Of a stretch of 64,000 nucleotides of DNA, positions 1 through 9,823 are shown piece by piece. The notes under the pieces were generated by a model. It ran no database searches and was not told the DNA's origin. It was given only the letters and a program-made list of their open reading frames with translations. Made by a program: the position numbers and the translations under genes. Source of the stretch: Candidatus Hermodarchaeota archaeon (GTDB lineage Archaea > Asgardarchaeota > Hermodarchaeia > Hermodarchaeales > Hermodarchaeaceae); NCBI GenBank assembly GCA_016839805.1, contig JAEOTO010000022.1, positions 1 through 64,000 of the forward strand, given 5' to 3'. Numbering within the stretch: the stretch's first letter is position 1; each line of letters starts with the position of its first letter.

Positions 1-1008
1 ATAAAGCCAGACCAGTTACGCCAATACGACCTGAAAAACCTCATATTCAACCGCGTCATAACTGACCCCAACTGGCCCGGACATCAACGCATGATTGATG
101 AACGTGTTCCCGAAATGCTCCAAACCCCTCGACCTGGCTATACTCACGTTGACTTTGCCCTCGAAGAAGCCGCCTGGACCCTCCACGATACTTTTCAAGG
201 CAGTTTCGCCCGTTCCCGCATCCCGAAATATCGACAACCAGCTGCTGAACTCGATCATGATCTTTCTAAAATTCCATATGAAATCGAGGATCCAGCTAGA
301 ATGAGTATCTACATCAAACGTGCTGCACAGTTATTTGGTGCTTCTTTAACCGGAATCTGCCGATTGAATCAAAGCTGGCTTTATACAGATGCTGAGATGC
401 CGAGTAATTGTAATACCGTAGTCGTTATGGCGATTGAAATGGATCCTGCAGGCATTGCCACTTCACCGGCAATCCCTGCGGCAAGTGCAACTGGTGTAGG
501 CTACTCGCGTATGGGATTTCTACTAGCTCTCATGGGTGAGTTCATTCGGAATCTTGGGTATGATGCCATTCAGTGTGGAAATGATACTGGACTCAGTATT
601 CCTCTCGCAATCGATGCAGGACTAGGTCAGCTTGGTCGTCATGGTCTACTCATCACTCCACAATATGGGTCTCGAGTCCGGTTATGTAAGCTCTTTACAA
701 ACCTACCTTTGAGTCCAGATAAGCCCATTGACTTCGGAGTTACAGAAACCTGTCGATACTGTAAACGGTGTGCTGAGGCGTGTGAAGTCGATGCCATTTC
801 TTTTGAAGACGAACCCACTTTTACGCCCAAGTGCTCTTCAAATAATAGCGGGGTTCTCAAATGGTATGTCGACTCGGAACGTTGCTATGAATTTTGGTGC
901 GATAATGGCGGCGATTGTTCAACTTGCATCTCAGTTTGTCCCTACACCAAACACACCTTTAACAAAGTACCTTTAACGCCTGAGGAATTTTGGACTCTCA
1001 AGACGTAA
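1..1008 (+). CDS. Reductive dehalogenase-like cobalamin/2x[4Fe-4S] protein (RdhA family), 5'-partial
   Basis: Frame is open from base 1 (IKPDQLRQYDLKNLIFNR...). Motifs: K-x-AA-x-x-FGA, FIRNLGYDA, IPLAIDAGLGQLGRHGLLITPQYGSRVRL-x-K-x-x-TNLPL-x-x-DKPIDFG, CRYCKRCAEAC and C..FW...CSTCISVCPY. Confidence 0.85.
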   Translation: MKPDQLRQYDLKNLIFNRVITDPNWPGHQRMIDERVPEMLQTPRPGYTHVDFALEEAAWTLHDTFQGSFARSRIPKYRQPAAELDHDLSKIPYEIEDPARMSIYIKRAAQLFGASLTGICRLNQSWLYTDAEMPSNCNTVVVMAIEMDPAGIATSPAIPAASATGVGYSRMGFLLALMGEFIRNLGYDAIQCGNDTGLSIPLAIDAGLGQLGRHGLLITPQYGSRVRLCKLFTNLPLSPDKPIDFGVTETCRYCKRCAEACEVDAISFEDEPTFTPKCSSNNSGVLKWYVDSERCYEFWCDNGGDCSTCISVCPYTKHTFNKVPLTPEEFWTLKT

Positions 1009-1017
1009 CACGATGGA

Positions 1018-1791
1018 ATGCTGATTCAAATGACCGTATTCGAAGACCTTGCTCTCATCTACGATCAAGTCATTGATTGGGCACACCGCCTAAACCATGA
1101 ACTACCCTTCTTCTCTACTCTCCTCAAAGGTCATAAAAAAGCCCGCATACTCGATTTGGCTTGTGGTAGTGGTCGACATGCAGTCGCCCTAGCCTTAGAG
1201 GGATTCGATGTCATAGGGCTTGATTTGAGTTCAACAATGATAGCAGCTGCGGAACAACATGCTCAACTGAACCAAGTTAACATTGAATTCATTATTGCTG
1301 ATATGCAAAAAGCGACAGAAATCGTTGAAGATTCCTTTGATTTGATTCTATGTATAGGAAACTCACTTGCTCTACTTCCAACGCTCCAAGCAGTACAAAC
1401 CACCCTGGAAGGAGCTCATTCGCTTCTAGGAGAAAAAGGAAAATTCGTAGTCCAAATCCTAAATTTTGATGAAATACGCCACTCTGGCTTCCGGTTCTTC
1501 CCTCTAAAATCCGGTGAAACAGCCAAAGGAGATGAAGTAATATTCACACGATTCTTTGAACCTATCTCCAATACGGCACATGCTCAACTCGTTTTTACTG
1601 GATTCATCAAGACAACAACCAGCTGGCAGACCAAGACTGTCTCTCAATCCGTCTTGCAATTAGATAAACCAATACTCGAATCGTTTCTACAAGAAGCTGG
1701 ATTTACAAGAATCTCTTCCTATGCTGATTACCAACAAAATCCCTTTTCACCACTAGAAAACAGAAATCTCCTCTCCGTGGCCTCTAACTAA
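1018..1791 (+). CDS. Class I SAM-dependent methyltransferase (glycine/sarcosine N-methyltransferase-like)
   Basis: ILDLACGSGRH motif I, GLDLS, ADM, FDLILCIGNSL. Confidence 0.85.
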   Translation: MLIQMTVFEDLALIYDQVIDWAHRLNHELPFFSTLLKGHKKARILDLACGSGRHAVALALEGFDVIGLDLSSTMIAAAEQHAQLNQVNIEFIIADMQKATEIVEDSFDLILCIGNSLALLPTLQAVQTTLEGAHSLLGEKGKFVVQILNFDEIRHSGFRFFPLKSGETAKGDEVIFTRFFEPISNTAHAQLVFTGFIKTTTSWQTKTVSQSVLQLDKPILESFLQEAGFTRISSYADYQQNPFSPLENRNLLSVASN

Positions 1792-1809
1792 CTAATAATC
1801 AAAAGATAA

Positions 1810-2136
1810 TTACTTTGCGTTTGGGTCGCCTTGCATCATTCCAAAGATGTTACCTTCCGTATCTTCAGCATAGGCGAGCCAGCCCACACCTGGGACTGCC
1901 ATCTTGGGAACCGTGATTTTTCCACCCGCTTTTTTGATATTCTCGATATGCATGTCAAGATCCTCAACACCGACGGTATTCACCGTGGGCTGTGGGGCAT
2001 CCTTACGAGGTTGTAAGGCTCCATCGATGCCGGGCTCCTTTTCGTCACCGGTATAAACCAGCCAGTACTCTATGGGGCTTTCCCACTTTTCAATTCGCCA
2101 ACCAAACACAGATTTATAAAATTTAATCAAAAACAT
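1810..2136 (-). pseudogene. VOC/glyoxalase family protein, apparently 5'-truncated
   Basis: IKFYKSVFGW...GIDGAL...AGGKITVPKMAVPGVGWLAYAEDTEGNIFGMMQ is typical VOC sequence. The usual N-terminal strand carrying the H-F-E metal ligand is absent upstream of about 2128. Confidence 0.6.
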
Positions 2137-2142
2137 CTTGAC

Positions 2143-2550
2143 ATGATAGAGGAATTCGGAACAAGAAGAATAAGTGACTATGGATTCGAAGACTATGAGC
2201 GACACAATATCACTCTGAATTTTTCTACAATTAAAAAATTACAAATGAATGGCAATCTGAGAATATCACGAATTGCAGCAGAGATGATTGAATGTATAGA
2301 AAAGAATTCGCCACTCTTATTGTTGGATGAAGTCGGATTAACTAAGAGTCTGGGAATGAAGATGAGTTTGCATCCAGATATGATCACACTTTTCACAGAA
2401 ACTGGACGCGTTTCAGTCAAATGGACAGCTTCGACGAAAGGACATGCATCAGGAATCAGATGGGCCTTAATGGTACCACCTAATCATGAACGAAAACGAA
2501 AAGCCGTTGCAGATTGGCTAGCAAAACACTTCATTGAACCCAAAAAATAA
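2143..2550 (+). CDS. Hypothetical protein, possibly the 3' remnant of a longer gene
   Basis: 135-aa ORF with protein-like composition, stop abuts the etfA stop, no recognisable motif or RBS. Confidence 0.45.
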   Translation: MIEEFGTRRISDYGFEDYERHNITLNFSTIKKLQMNGNLRISRIAAEMIECIEKNSPLLLLDEVGLTKSLGMKMSLHPDMITLFTETGRVSVKWTASTKGHASGIRWALMVPPNHERKRKAVADWLAKHFIEPKK

Positions 2551-3741
2551 CTACTTTTGAGCCTTTACACGCTTCAACTCTTTTACAATCGCAGGTACAA
2601 CCCGAAATAAATCACCTACAATAGAAAAATCAGCTACTTGGAAAATGGGTGCATCGGGGTCGTTGTTGATGGCTACGATGGTGTCGCTGGTGCGCATGCC
2701 GACGAGGTGTTGGATGGCGCCGCTGATGCCGCAGGCGATGTAGAGTTTGGGGGCGATGGTGCGTCCGGATTGGCCGACTTGTTGGTGGTGTTTCATCCAG
2801 CCTTGGTCGACGATGGGACGGGAACCACCGAGGGCGGCGTTGAGTTCGCTGGCGAGTTCGCCGACGACTTCGATGTTTTCGGGGGTTTTGATGCCGCGAC
2901 CACAGGAGACGACCATATCGGCTTCGTCGACTTTGAGGGCGCCTTCTTCTATCTCGACAATAGTATCAACAATTTTTGTATGTACTGCGGCCTTGTTGAC
3001 TTCAATGGCAACGTCCCGAATTTCAGTTTGCTTTCCGGCATCCTTAAGAGGTTTGAAGACGTTGGGTCGGACAGTGGCCATTTGCGGGCGGGTATAGGGG
3101 CTGAGAATAGAGGCCATGATGTTGCCACCAAAGGCGGGGCGGGTTTGGACCAATTGACGTTTATCATCAATGTCTAGACCTGTACAATCTGCAGTAAGGC
3201 CGAGTTGTAGACGTGCAGCAATTCGGGGTCCTAGGTCCCGTCCATTGGCAGTAGCTCCAAACAGGACAATATTCGGTTTTTCAGTGAGAATTAGGGCGGA
3301 AATAACATCGGTGTAAGCGTCAGTTGTATAGTGAGTAAGAATTTCTTGATCGCTGACGTATACAATATCTGCCCCGTTTTGTGCCAGGATATTAGATAGT
3401 TCTCCCACATTGGAGCCTAATAGAATGGCACAGAGGGGTTCACCGAGTTTATCTGCGAGTTCGCGTCCCTTGCCAAGGAGTTCGAGGGCGACGTTACGAA
3501 GTTTGCCATTGATTTGTTCGGCCCACACCCACACGCCTTTGTAGTCCTTAAATTTGGAGGGATCGACCCGTTTGCGTTCGATGAATAATGCATCGACAGG
3601 GCAGACTTTCACACAAGCTCCGCATAGGGTGCAAGCCTCATTGGCTTCTGCCTTCTCATTGACTATCTTCATTGCATCAAAGGGACAGACTTTTACACAG
3701 AGTCCACAGCCAGTGCATTTCTCTACATCAATATTGAGCAT
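2551..3741 (-). CDS. etfA: Electron transfer flavoprotein alpha subunit with N-terminal 2x[4Fe-4S] ferredoxin domain
   Basis: [12 protein letters not shown] and [12 protein letters not shown]; [43 protein letters not shown]. Confidence 0.95.
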   Translation of the reverse strand: MLNIDVEKCTGCGLCVKVCPFDAMKIVNEKAEANEACTLCGACVKVCPVDALFIERKRVDPSKFKDYKGVWVWAEQINGKLRNVALELLGKGRELADKLGEPLCAILLGSNVGELSNILAQNGADIVYVSDQEILTHYTTDAYTDVISALILTEKPNIVLFGATANGRDLGPRIAARLQLGLTADCTGLDIDDKRQLVQTRPAFGGNIMASILSPYTRPQMATVRPNVFKPLKDAGKQTEIRDVAIEVNKAAVHTKIVDTIVEIEEGALKVDEADMVVSCGRGIKTPENIEVVGELASELNAALGGSRPIVDQGWMKHHQQVGQSGRTIAPKLYIACGISGAIQHLVGMRTSDTIVAINNDPDAPIFQVADFSIVGDLFRVVPAIVKELKRVKAQK

Positions 3742-3758
3742 AGCATGTCACCTCTCCG

Positions 3759-4556
3759 TTAAATCGCTCCTTTTTTCAGTAACCACTCCACGAGTTGTTT
3801 CGCGGCACCTTCAGGGTCTTCGGTTCCATCGATTTTGATACCACCAGTACGTTGTTCCGGTGTAAACACCTCGACAACTTGAGTGGGGGAACCGGGCAAA
3901 CCAAATTGCTCATGATCTCCGCCAAGTTCGTCGGCGGTAACTAATTTAATCTCTTTTTTACTGGCTTTCATAATCGCCATTAAACTTGGAAGTCGGGGCT
4001 CATTAAGACCCTTGGTCGCAGTTAATAAGGCAGGTAATCGGCATTCTAACACCTCAAAACCCTCATCGGTTTCCTTGCGTACTTTAATGCGTTTCTTATT
4101 TTCGGCTACCTCAACCTCAAGGGCGTAGGTGATTTGAGGAATGCCAAGAATTTCCGCAATTTCCGGACCCACTTGGGCAGTATCACCATCAATAGCCTGT
4201 TTGCCACAAATCACCAGATCAAATGGTTCAAGACTTTTAATGGCTTGAGCAATCGTATAAGCAGTAGCCCAGGTATCTGCGCCAGCAAAGGCACGATCGG
4301 AAAGGTGAATGGCCCGGTCACCACCCATAGCTAGGCACTTCTTGAGGGCTTCCTCTGCTTGAGGAGGACCCATCGTGATAATTATGACCTCTCCTTCACC
4401 GAACTTTTCCTTGATTCGAACAGCTTCTTCAACAGCGAATTCATCAAAGGGATTGAGGATTGATGGCACACCGGCTCGGATCAGGGTTTTCGTTTCCGGG
4501 TCAATTTTAACTTCGGCAATTTCTGGTACTTGTTTAATTGGAACGATTATTTTCAC
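3759..4556 (-). CDS. etfB: Electron transfer flavoprotein beta subunit
   Basis: KQVP, NPFD, LSDRAFAGADTWAT, GKQAIDGDTAQVGP; GTG start at 4556 preferred. Confidence 0.95.
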   Translation of the reverse strand: MKIIVPIKQVPEIAEVKIDPETKTLIRAGVPSILNPFDEFAVEEAVRIKEKFGEGEVIIITMGPPQAEEALKKCLAMGGDRAIHLSDRAFAGADTWATAYTIAQAIKSLEPFDLVICGKQAIDGDTAQVGPEIAEILGIPQITYALEVEVAENKKRIKVRKETDEGFEVLECRLPALLTATKGLNEPRLPSLMAIMKASKKEIKLVTADELGGDHEQFGLPGSPTQVVEVFTPEQRTGGIKIDGTEDPEGAAKQLVEWLLKKGAI

Positions 4557-4760
4557 GCATCTTGCCCCCAACATTTGGGTGGACGTATGATACGACTAGC
4601 GCTAAACCGAAGCGATTCCACTTAAAAGTCTTCTCTGCCAATCCTTGAAAAAATCGCGAAAATCGCGACAAAAACTTCAGAGCGTCGAAGGTAAGGGAAA
4701 CTCATTAATTAGGTTTTTTGGTAGTTTAGAAAAGAGTATTCAAGTGGGAGGCACTGTACT

Positions 4761-5669
4761 GTGAATGAAAGATCCGATTACCGCATCATTTTGGATGGAA
4801 TTGAAAAACGCCAGAGGTTATTCACGGGGAATAAGAGTTTTGATCAATATTTTGGCATCATGTCAGGAACTATCACCATAGTGTATGTGCAGAATCAAAC
4901 CTTTACAGATCCGATTAATCTCATGATCGAATGGCTTACAACTGATGTTGAGGATCACGAAACTATTCTCCTAGTTACTACCTATGCAGATCCAATTGCA
5001 ATCGCTTCATGGTGTGAGCGAAAACTTCCCAATGCCTTCAAAACGTTCGTGGAAACCAGTAAAACAAATCGGTTCCACTGGATTGACATGTTTACTTATC
5101 GTGGGTTTGGCGATCACGAACGGGATCTTGTGAGGGTTAGTTATCCCGAACGAATTAAGGATATGGGGGGTAATCCCGATCTCCTCATTTCCCCCCGAAA
5201 ACCCGAAGAAATCCAATCCGTCGATGGGTTACCTGCCACAATTAGCAATATTACATCAGATATTCACGGAAAAGGACGTATACGCATGGTGATGGCATAT
5301 ATTGACGATTTCATCGACGATGTTGGTCCCACACGTGCCCTCAACTTCCTCCGTCGGCTCATCAATCAAATGCGAAAATTCGGTCATACTCTGGTCCTTT
5401 TCATGGGGTGGCGAGGTACACTTCCTGAAGTACACACCGGTTTTGAACGAACCGTGGATCAAGTCATCCGTTGGGGCTATGGGGATGTCCCCGGAATAAA
5501 ACAACCCTCAAAATTTGTTCAAATATTAAAGACCACAGCTCCAGATGAAGTCACCACATATGTGAAAGTTCCCTACCATATTCGGGGTGGGAAACCAACT
5601 GTTGGGTTGGGAACGCCTCTTGAAGGGCAGCCTAGTTCTCGATTACGCCGAAAACGTAATTCTTCTTAG
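4761..5669 (+). CDS. RecA/KaiC(RAD55)-fold protein with degenerate Walker A
   Basis: FTGNKSFDQYFGIMSGTITIVY resembles the KaiC TG-x-x-x-LD...G start; WIDMF, a DD at the Walker B position, VDQVI and QILKT are present; no GKT/S. Confidence 0.55.
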   Translation: MNERSDYRIILDGIEKRQRLFTGNKSFDQYFGIMSGTITIVYVQNQTFTDPINLMIEWLTTDVEDHETILLVTTYADPIAIASWCERKLPNAFKTFVETSKTNRFHWIDMFTYRGFGDHERDLVRVSYPERIKDMGGNPDLLISPRKPEEIQSVDGLPATISNITSDIHGKGRIRMVMAYIDDFIDDVGPTRALNFLRRLINQMRKFGHTLVLFMGWRGTLPEVHTGFERTVDQVIRWGYGDVPGIKQPSKFVQILKTTAPDEVTTYVKVPYHIRGGKPTVGLGTPLEGQPSSRLRRKRNSS

Positions 5670-6631
5670 GTATCCTGCGGTTGAATTAACTGTAAAATAA
5701 GTCGTTCCGCCGCCGTATACGGGTCAGTTTTCCGCTCACAGACTTCCTGAACTAGTTTCTGGAATAATTTTCGCTCTTCGGGATCCACAAAGAGTTTTCG
5801 CATGAAGCTGTGCTCTACAATTGTTTCCAGTTGGGCACAAAACCGTCGTTCCTGGTTCTGTTTAATTTTGCCACTCGTAACTAGGTATTCATGGTGTTGT
5901 TGAATCGCCTTAACTAATTCTTCTACGCCCTCTCCGGTGGTAGCAATGACTTTGATTATAGGGTGTTCCCAGCCATCGCTTGTTCGATCAAGACCTAAAG
6001 CCATTTCGAGTTCAGCGTACCGACGATCAGCTCCATCAAGATCTGCTTTGTTTATGGCAAAGATATCACCGATTTCCATGACGCCAGCTTTGATTGTCTG
6101 GATATCATCACCTAATCCAGGTATAGAGAGCAGTACAATGGTCTCAGCAATCTGGATAATGTTAACTTCAGCTTGACCAGCACCAACAGTTTCAACAATA
6201 ATGATGTCTTTACCTAACGCGTCAAGGATATGGACAATATCATAAGTCGCCCAGGCTAGACCTCCTAGACTCCCCCGAGATCCCATACTCCGAATGAAGA
6301 CTCCTGGATCGGTGGAAAACCGACTCATACGGATGCGATCACCGAGTAGAGCGCCACCAGTAAATGGGCTACTAGGGTCAACAGCGACAACTCCAACGGT
6401 TTTTCCTTGGTCTCGGTATTCTTTGATTATTTTATCAACTAAGGTACTTTTTCCTGACCCTGGTGGACCAGTCACTCCGATTATATGAGCAGATCCTGTA
6501 TGCGGGTATAACTGTTTGATAGCTGCATGGGCTTCGGGGGACATGGATTCAGCTAGGGTCATCAACCGAGCCGCAGCACGTCGATTGCCCTTCAGTAGCT
6601 CTTTGACCAATTGATTTGTATCGATGGTCAT
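5666..6631 (-). CDS. meaB: Acyl-CoA mutase-associated GTPase MeaB
   Basis: GPPGSGKST, AVDPSSPFTGGALLGDRIRM, ETVGAGQ, NKAD. Confidence 0.95.
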   Translation of the reverse strand: MTIDTNQLVKELLKGNRRAAARLMTLAESMSPEAHAAIKQLYPHTGSAHIIGVTGPPGSGKSTLVDKIIKEYRDQGKTVGVVAVDPSSPFTGGALLGDRIRMSRFSTDPGVFIRSMGSRGSLGGLAWATYDIVHILDALGKDIIIVETVGAGQAEVNIIQIAETIVLLSIPGLGDDIQTIKAGVMEIGDIFAINKADLDGADRRYAELEMALGLDRTSDGWEHPIIKVIATTGEGVEELVKAIQQHHEYLVTSGKIKQNQERRFCAQLETIVEHSFMRKLFVDPEERKLFQKLVQEVCERKTDPYTAAERLILQLIQPQDT

Positions 6632-6685
6632 GGAAATCCCCTTACCCCTATCGCCCTAAAGCGTACAGTCTGACCTCCTAGCGGT

Positions 6686-7087
6686 TTACCTTATTTTTTT
6701 TCGAATATATTCAACGATTTCAGTCGTGGGTGTTCCAGGTCCAAAAATTGCTTTGATACCCATTTTCTTTAAGGGCTTGATGTCCTCTTCTGGGATAATA
6801 CCTCCGGCTATGACGAGGACATCATCTATTCCCTTTTCTTTCAATAATTTCATGATTTCCGGAAACAGACGCATATGTGCACCTGAGAGGATACTGAGAC
6901 CGATAACATCTACATCCTCTTGTAATGCGGCTTCAGCGACTTGTTCAGGTGTTTGCCGTAGTCCTGTGTAGATTACTTCAAATCCCGCATCGCGTAAGGC
7001 TCGTGCCACCACTTTGGCACCCCGATCGTGTCCATCAAGGCCTGGTTTAGCAACCAACACCCGAATTTTCCGTTCAGATTCCGTCAT
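6686..7087 (-). CDS. Acyl-CoA mutase small (cobalamin-binding) subunit
   Basis: [12 protein letters not shown] (DxHxxG), [19 protein letters not shown]. Confidence 0.95.
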   Translation of the reverse strand: MTESERKIRVLVAKPGLDGHDRGAKVVARALRDAGFEVIYTGLRQTPEQVAEAALQEDVDVIGLSILSGAHMRLFPEIMKLLKEKGIDDVLVIAGGIIPEEDIKPLKKMGIKAIFGPGTPTTEIVEYIRKKIR

Positions 7088-7116
7088 AGGTTTCAACTCA
7101 TTCTATAATCTGTTAG

Positions 7117-8793
7117 TTAGAAGATGATTGGTTCCTGATATTCACCATACACGTCACGTAACGCGTTGCAGACTTCTCCTACAGTGGCATACTCTCTTAC
7201 AGCTGCTAGGATATGGGGAAGCAAATTCTCCGTTCCCTCTGCTGCCTTCTGCAATCGATTTAACAACTGCTCCACTTTGTTGTTATTTCGGGATTTTCGT
7301 GTTCTTTGTAATCGCGCAAGTTGTGTTTTTTCAACTTCGGGGTCAATTTTTAGAACTGGAATCTCTAGCCTATCATCGGTTAGGTATTCGTTGACCCCTA
7401 CAATAATTCGTTCCTTTTCCTCAGTCTCTCGTTGATAGCGAAAGGCGGAATCAGAGATTTCGCGCTGGAAAAAGCCCTTCTTAATAGCTTCTACAACGCC
7501 ACCTAATTTTTCAATCCGGTCAAAATACTTGTAGACTTCCTCTTCCATTTCATCAGTTAGTGCTTCAACGAAATATGCGCCACCCAAGGGATCAATCGTG
7601 TTCGCAACGCCACTTTCATGGGCAAGAATTTGCTGGGTTCGTAATGCTATAGTCGCAGCTTTCTCCGTGGGTAATGCCCATGCCTCATCCATCGAATTGG
7701 TGTGAAGCGACTGGGTTCCTCCTAAAACAGCGGCTAGTGCCTGAAGTGTCGTCCGAATGATATTATTCTCCGGTTGCTGGGCTGTAAGGCTAACACCCGC
7801 TGTTTGCGTATGAAATCGAAGTAAATAAGATCCACGTTTTTCGGCATTAAAGCGCTCTCGTATCTCCCGTGCCCAAATACGCCGCGCCGCACGAAACTTC
7901 GCAATCTCTTCAAAGAGGTCGAGGTGGCTATCAAAAAAGAAGGATAATCGAGGAGCAAAATCATCAACAGCAAGTCCAGCATCCACGCCAGCCTGAACAT
8001 AGGTTAAACCGTTGGCAAGAGTGAAAGCGAGTTCCTGGACTGCAGTACTGCCTGCTTCTCGGATATGGTAGCCACTAATACTAATTGTATTCCACCGTGG
8101 CACCTTCTTTGTGCAAAACTCCAAGATATTTGTAATTATGCGCATGGATGGATCGGGGGGAAAGATCCAGGTTTTTTGAGCCTGATATTCCTTGAGAATA
8201 TCATTTTGAATTGTTCCACCGATTTGGGTAGAGGATACTCCTTGTTTTTCTGCGGCGGCAATATAGAGGCAGAGAAGAATGGCTGCGGGAGCATTGATGG
8301 TCATAGAGGTTGTCACTTTGTCAAGAGGGATTCCCGAAAACAGAATTTCCATATCTGCTAATGAATCGATGGCAACTCCACAGACACCAATCTCGCCTGT
8401 TGCCATGGGATCATCTGAGTCCAGACCTTGGATGGTTGGGAGATGAAATGCAACGCTAAGTCCTGTTTGTCCCTGTTCAAGCAAATACCGGTACCTTTCA
8501 TTTGTTTGTTCAGCAGTGCCAAACCCTGCAAACATTCGCATTGTCCATAAGCGACCACGATACATGGTCGGGTAAACACCACGTGTGTAGGGATATTGCC
8601 CAGGAAAGCTAAGGTCTCGGTCATAATCAAGGTTAGCAATATCTGTGGGGGTGTATAACCGTGCAATGGGACGACTAGAGGTGGTTATGAACCGTTCACG
8701 ACGTTCCGGGGATTTATCCAATGTCTTCTTCAAAGTATTATTTTCCCAATCACGTTTTTGCTGGGAGATATCCATCTTTTCTTTCGTGACCAT
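7117..8793 (-). CDS. B12-dependent acyl-CoA mutase large subunit, isobutyryl-CoA mutase-like signature
   Basis: TIM-barrel mutase motifs ([26 protein letters not shown]); WTMRMFAGF (Phe) and KEYQAQKTW (Gln). Confidence 0.9.
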   Translation of the reverse strand: MVTKEKMDISQQKRDWENNTLKKTLDKSPERRERFITTSSRPIARLYTPTDIANLDYDRDLSFPGQYPYTRGVYPTMYRGRLWTMRMFAGFGTAEQTNERYRYLLEQGQTGLSVAFHLPTIQGLDSDDPMATGEIGVCGVAIDSLADMEILFSGIPLDKVTTSMTINAPAAILLCLYIAAAEKQGVSSTQIGGTIQNDILKEYQAQKTWIFPPDPSMRIITNILEFCTKKVPRWNTISISGYHIREAGSTAVQELAFTLANGLTYVQAGVDAGLAVDDFAPRLSFFFDSHLDLFEEIAKFRAARRIWAREIRERFNAEKRGSYLLRFHTQTAGVSLTAQQPENNIIRTTLQALAAVLGGTQSLHTNSMDEAWALPTEKAATIALRTQQILAHESGVANTIDPLGGAYFVEALTDEMEEEVYKYFDRIEKLGGVVEAIKKGFFQREISDSAFRYQRETEEKERIIVGVNEYLTDDRLEIPVLKIDPEVEKTQLARLQRTRKSRNNNKVEQLLNRLQKAAEGTENLLPHILAAVREYATVGEVCNALRDVYGEYQEPIIF

Positions 8794-8985
8794 GCGAATA
8801 CGCCTTCCTTCAAAGGAAAGAGAGTGTTATACTGCATCAAGTGGTATTAATACTCAAGTGTGCTATTTCAGATACATCGCTTTTGTTTTAATGGTTTTGG
8901 CAATATGCATAATTGCTGATAATGCATAGTTTCTGGTCTGAGATAGCATTACAATCCTTTGAAAAAGAAATGAGCACCAATCACT

Positions 8986-9120
8986 CTAAGAGTTCATCAT
9001 TACGATGGGGCATTTAGAGGGATCGTTGACGAATTCACAGGGCGTTTGGGCTCCTTCAGGGAAATTTTTCTGTAGTTGTTTGCACATATTATTCTCTGCG
9101 TCAAACATTGGGCAAGCCAT
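8986..9120 (-). CDS. 44-aa four-cysteine microprotein (not in ORF track)
   Basis: MACPMFDAENNMCKQLQKNFPEGAQTPCEFVNDPSKCPIVMMNS*; GGGGT RBS-like sequence upstream; co-oriented with flanking genes. Confidence 0.6.
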   Translation of the reverse strand: MACPMFDAENNMCKQLQKNFPEGAQTPCEFVNDPSKCPIVMMNS

Positions 9121-9220
9121 GTCTATCATTACCCCAAAAAATGCTGGACTAATTTTGTTATTAAATTCTTCTCCACATTGAAAAAGTGTCTAATGTTCTT
9201 TACAATAACCGCAAGTCCCT

Positions 9221-9802
9221 TTATTCAATAGTAATCATGGGTTGACCCTTTTCCACTGCATCTCCAACCCGAATATGAACTTTCTTGACCTTGCCTGACT
9301 GTGATGCTCGGATTTCATTAGCCATCTTCATGGCCTCAAGGACAAGAAGAACGTCACCTGCCTTAATAGTTGCATTTTCTTGAACTCGTAATTCGAGTAC
9401 ACGGCCTGGTAAAGGTGCTGTCACGGATCCTGGTTCTGCAGGTTCCCGGACTGTTGGAGTTGGTTCCGCCGTCCTACTTGCAGTACTGGGCGTAGACGAA
9501 CGTATTGTCATCGGGCGATAGCCGGGTGTCGGTTGTATGGCCAGGGCTTTGAGTCCAACGGCATACTTTTGTTTTTTTATTCTGAGTGTGTATTCGGAAG
9601 TTTTAGGGTCAGGAGTGAGTTGGAGGGTGTGCTTCAGGTCACCTATTGTAACGCGGTAAGTACCAGAACTGTGATTTCCATCAGCAATCTTGACTGGGAA
9701 GGTTGCTTCCCCAATCGTTACATTGAGGATTCCATTGCTTGGACCATCCACTTCGACGTTAATAGTGGTGCCGTTGATTTTAAGCTCATATTTGCGTGGC
9801 AA
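9221..9802 (-). CDS. Biotin carboxyl carrier protein (transcarboxylase 1.3S-like)
   Basis: EAMKM biotinylation motif, Pro/Thr/Ser linker, AAGGAG RBS before the TTG start. Confidence 0.95.
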   Translation of the reverse strand: MPRKYELKINGTTINVEVDGPSNGILNVTIGEATFPVKIADGNHSSGTYRVTIGDLKHTLQLTPDPKTSEYTLRIKKQKYAVGLKALAIQPTPGYRPMTIRSSTPSTASRTAEPTPTVREPAEPGSVTAPLPGRVLELRVQENATIKAGDVLLVLEAMKMANEIRASQSGKVKKVHIRVGDAVEKGQPMITIE

Positions 9803-9823
9803 TGGTTTTTCTCCTTGGGGAAT

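Noticed and set aside
2638-3177. 179-aa antisense ORF in etfA (similarly 13168-13725, 31443-31991, 34178-34645)
   Set aside because: Shadow ORFs opposite well-supported genes, favoured by the local codon skew; no motifs
4648-4674. AAAATCGCG tandem repeat, with similar words at 34688-34698 and 55066-55079
   Set aside because: Short matches expected by chance in 64 kb; no consistent position relative to promoters
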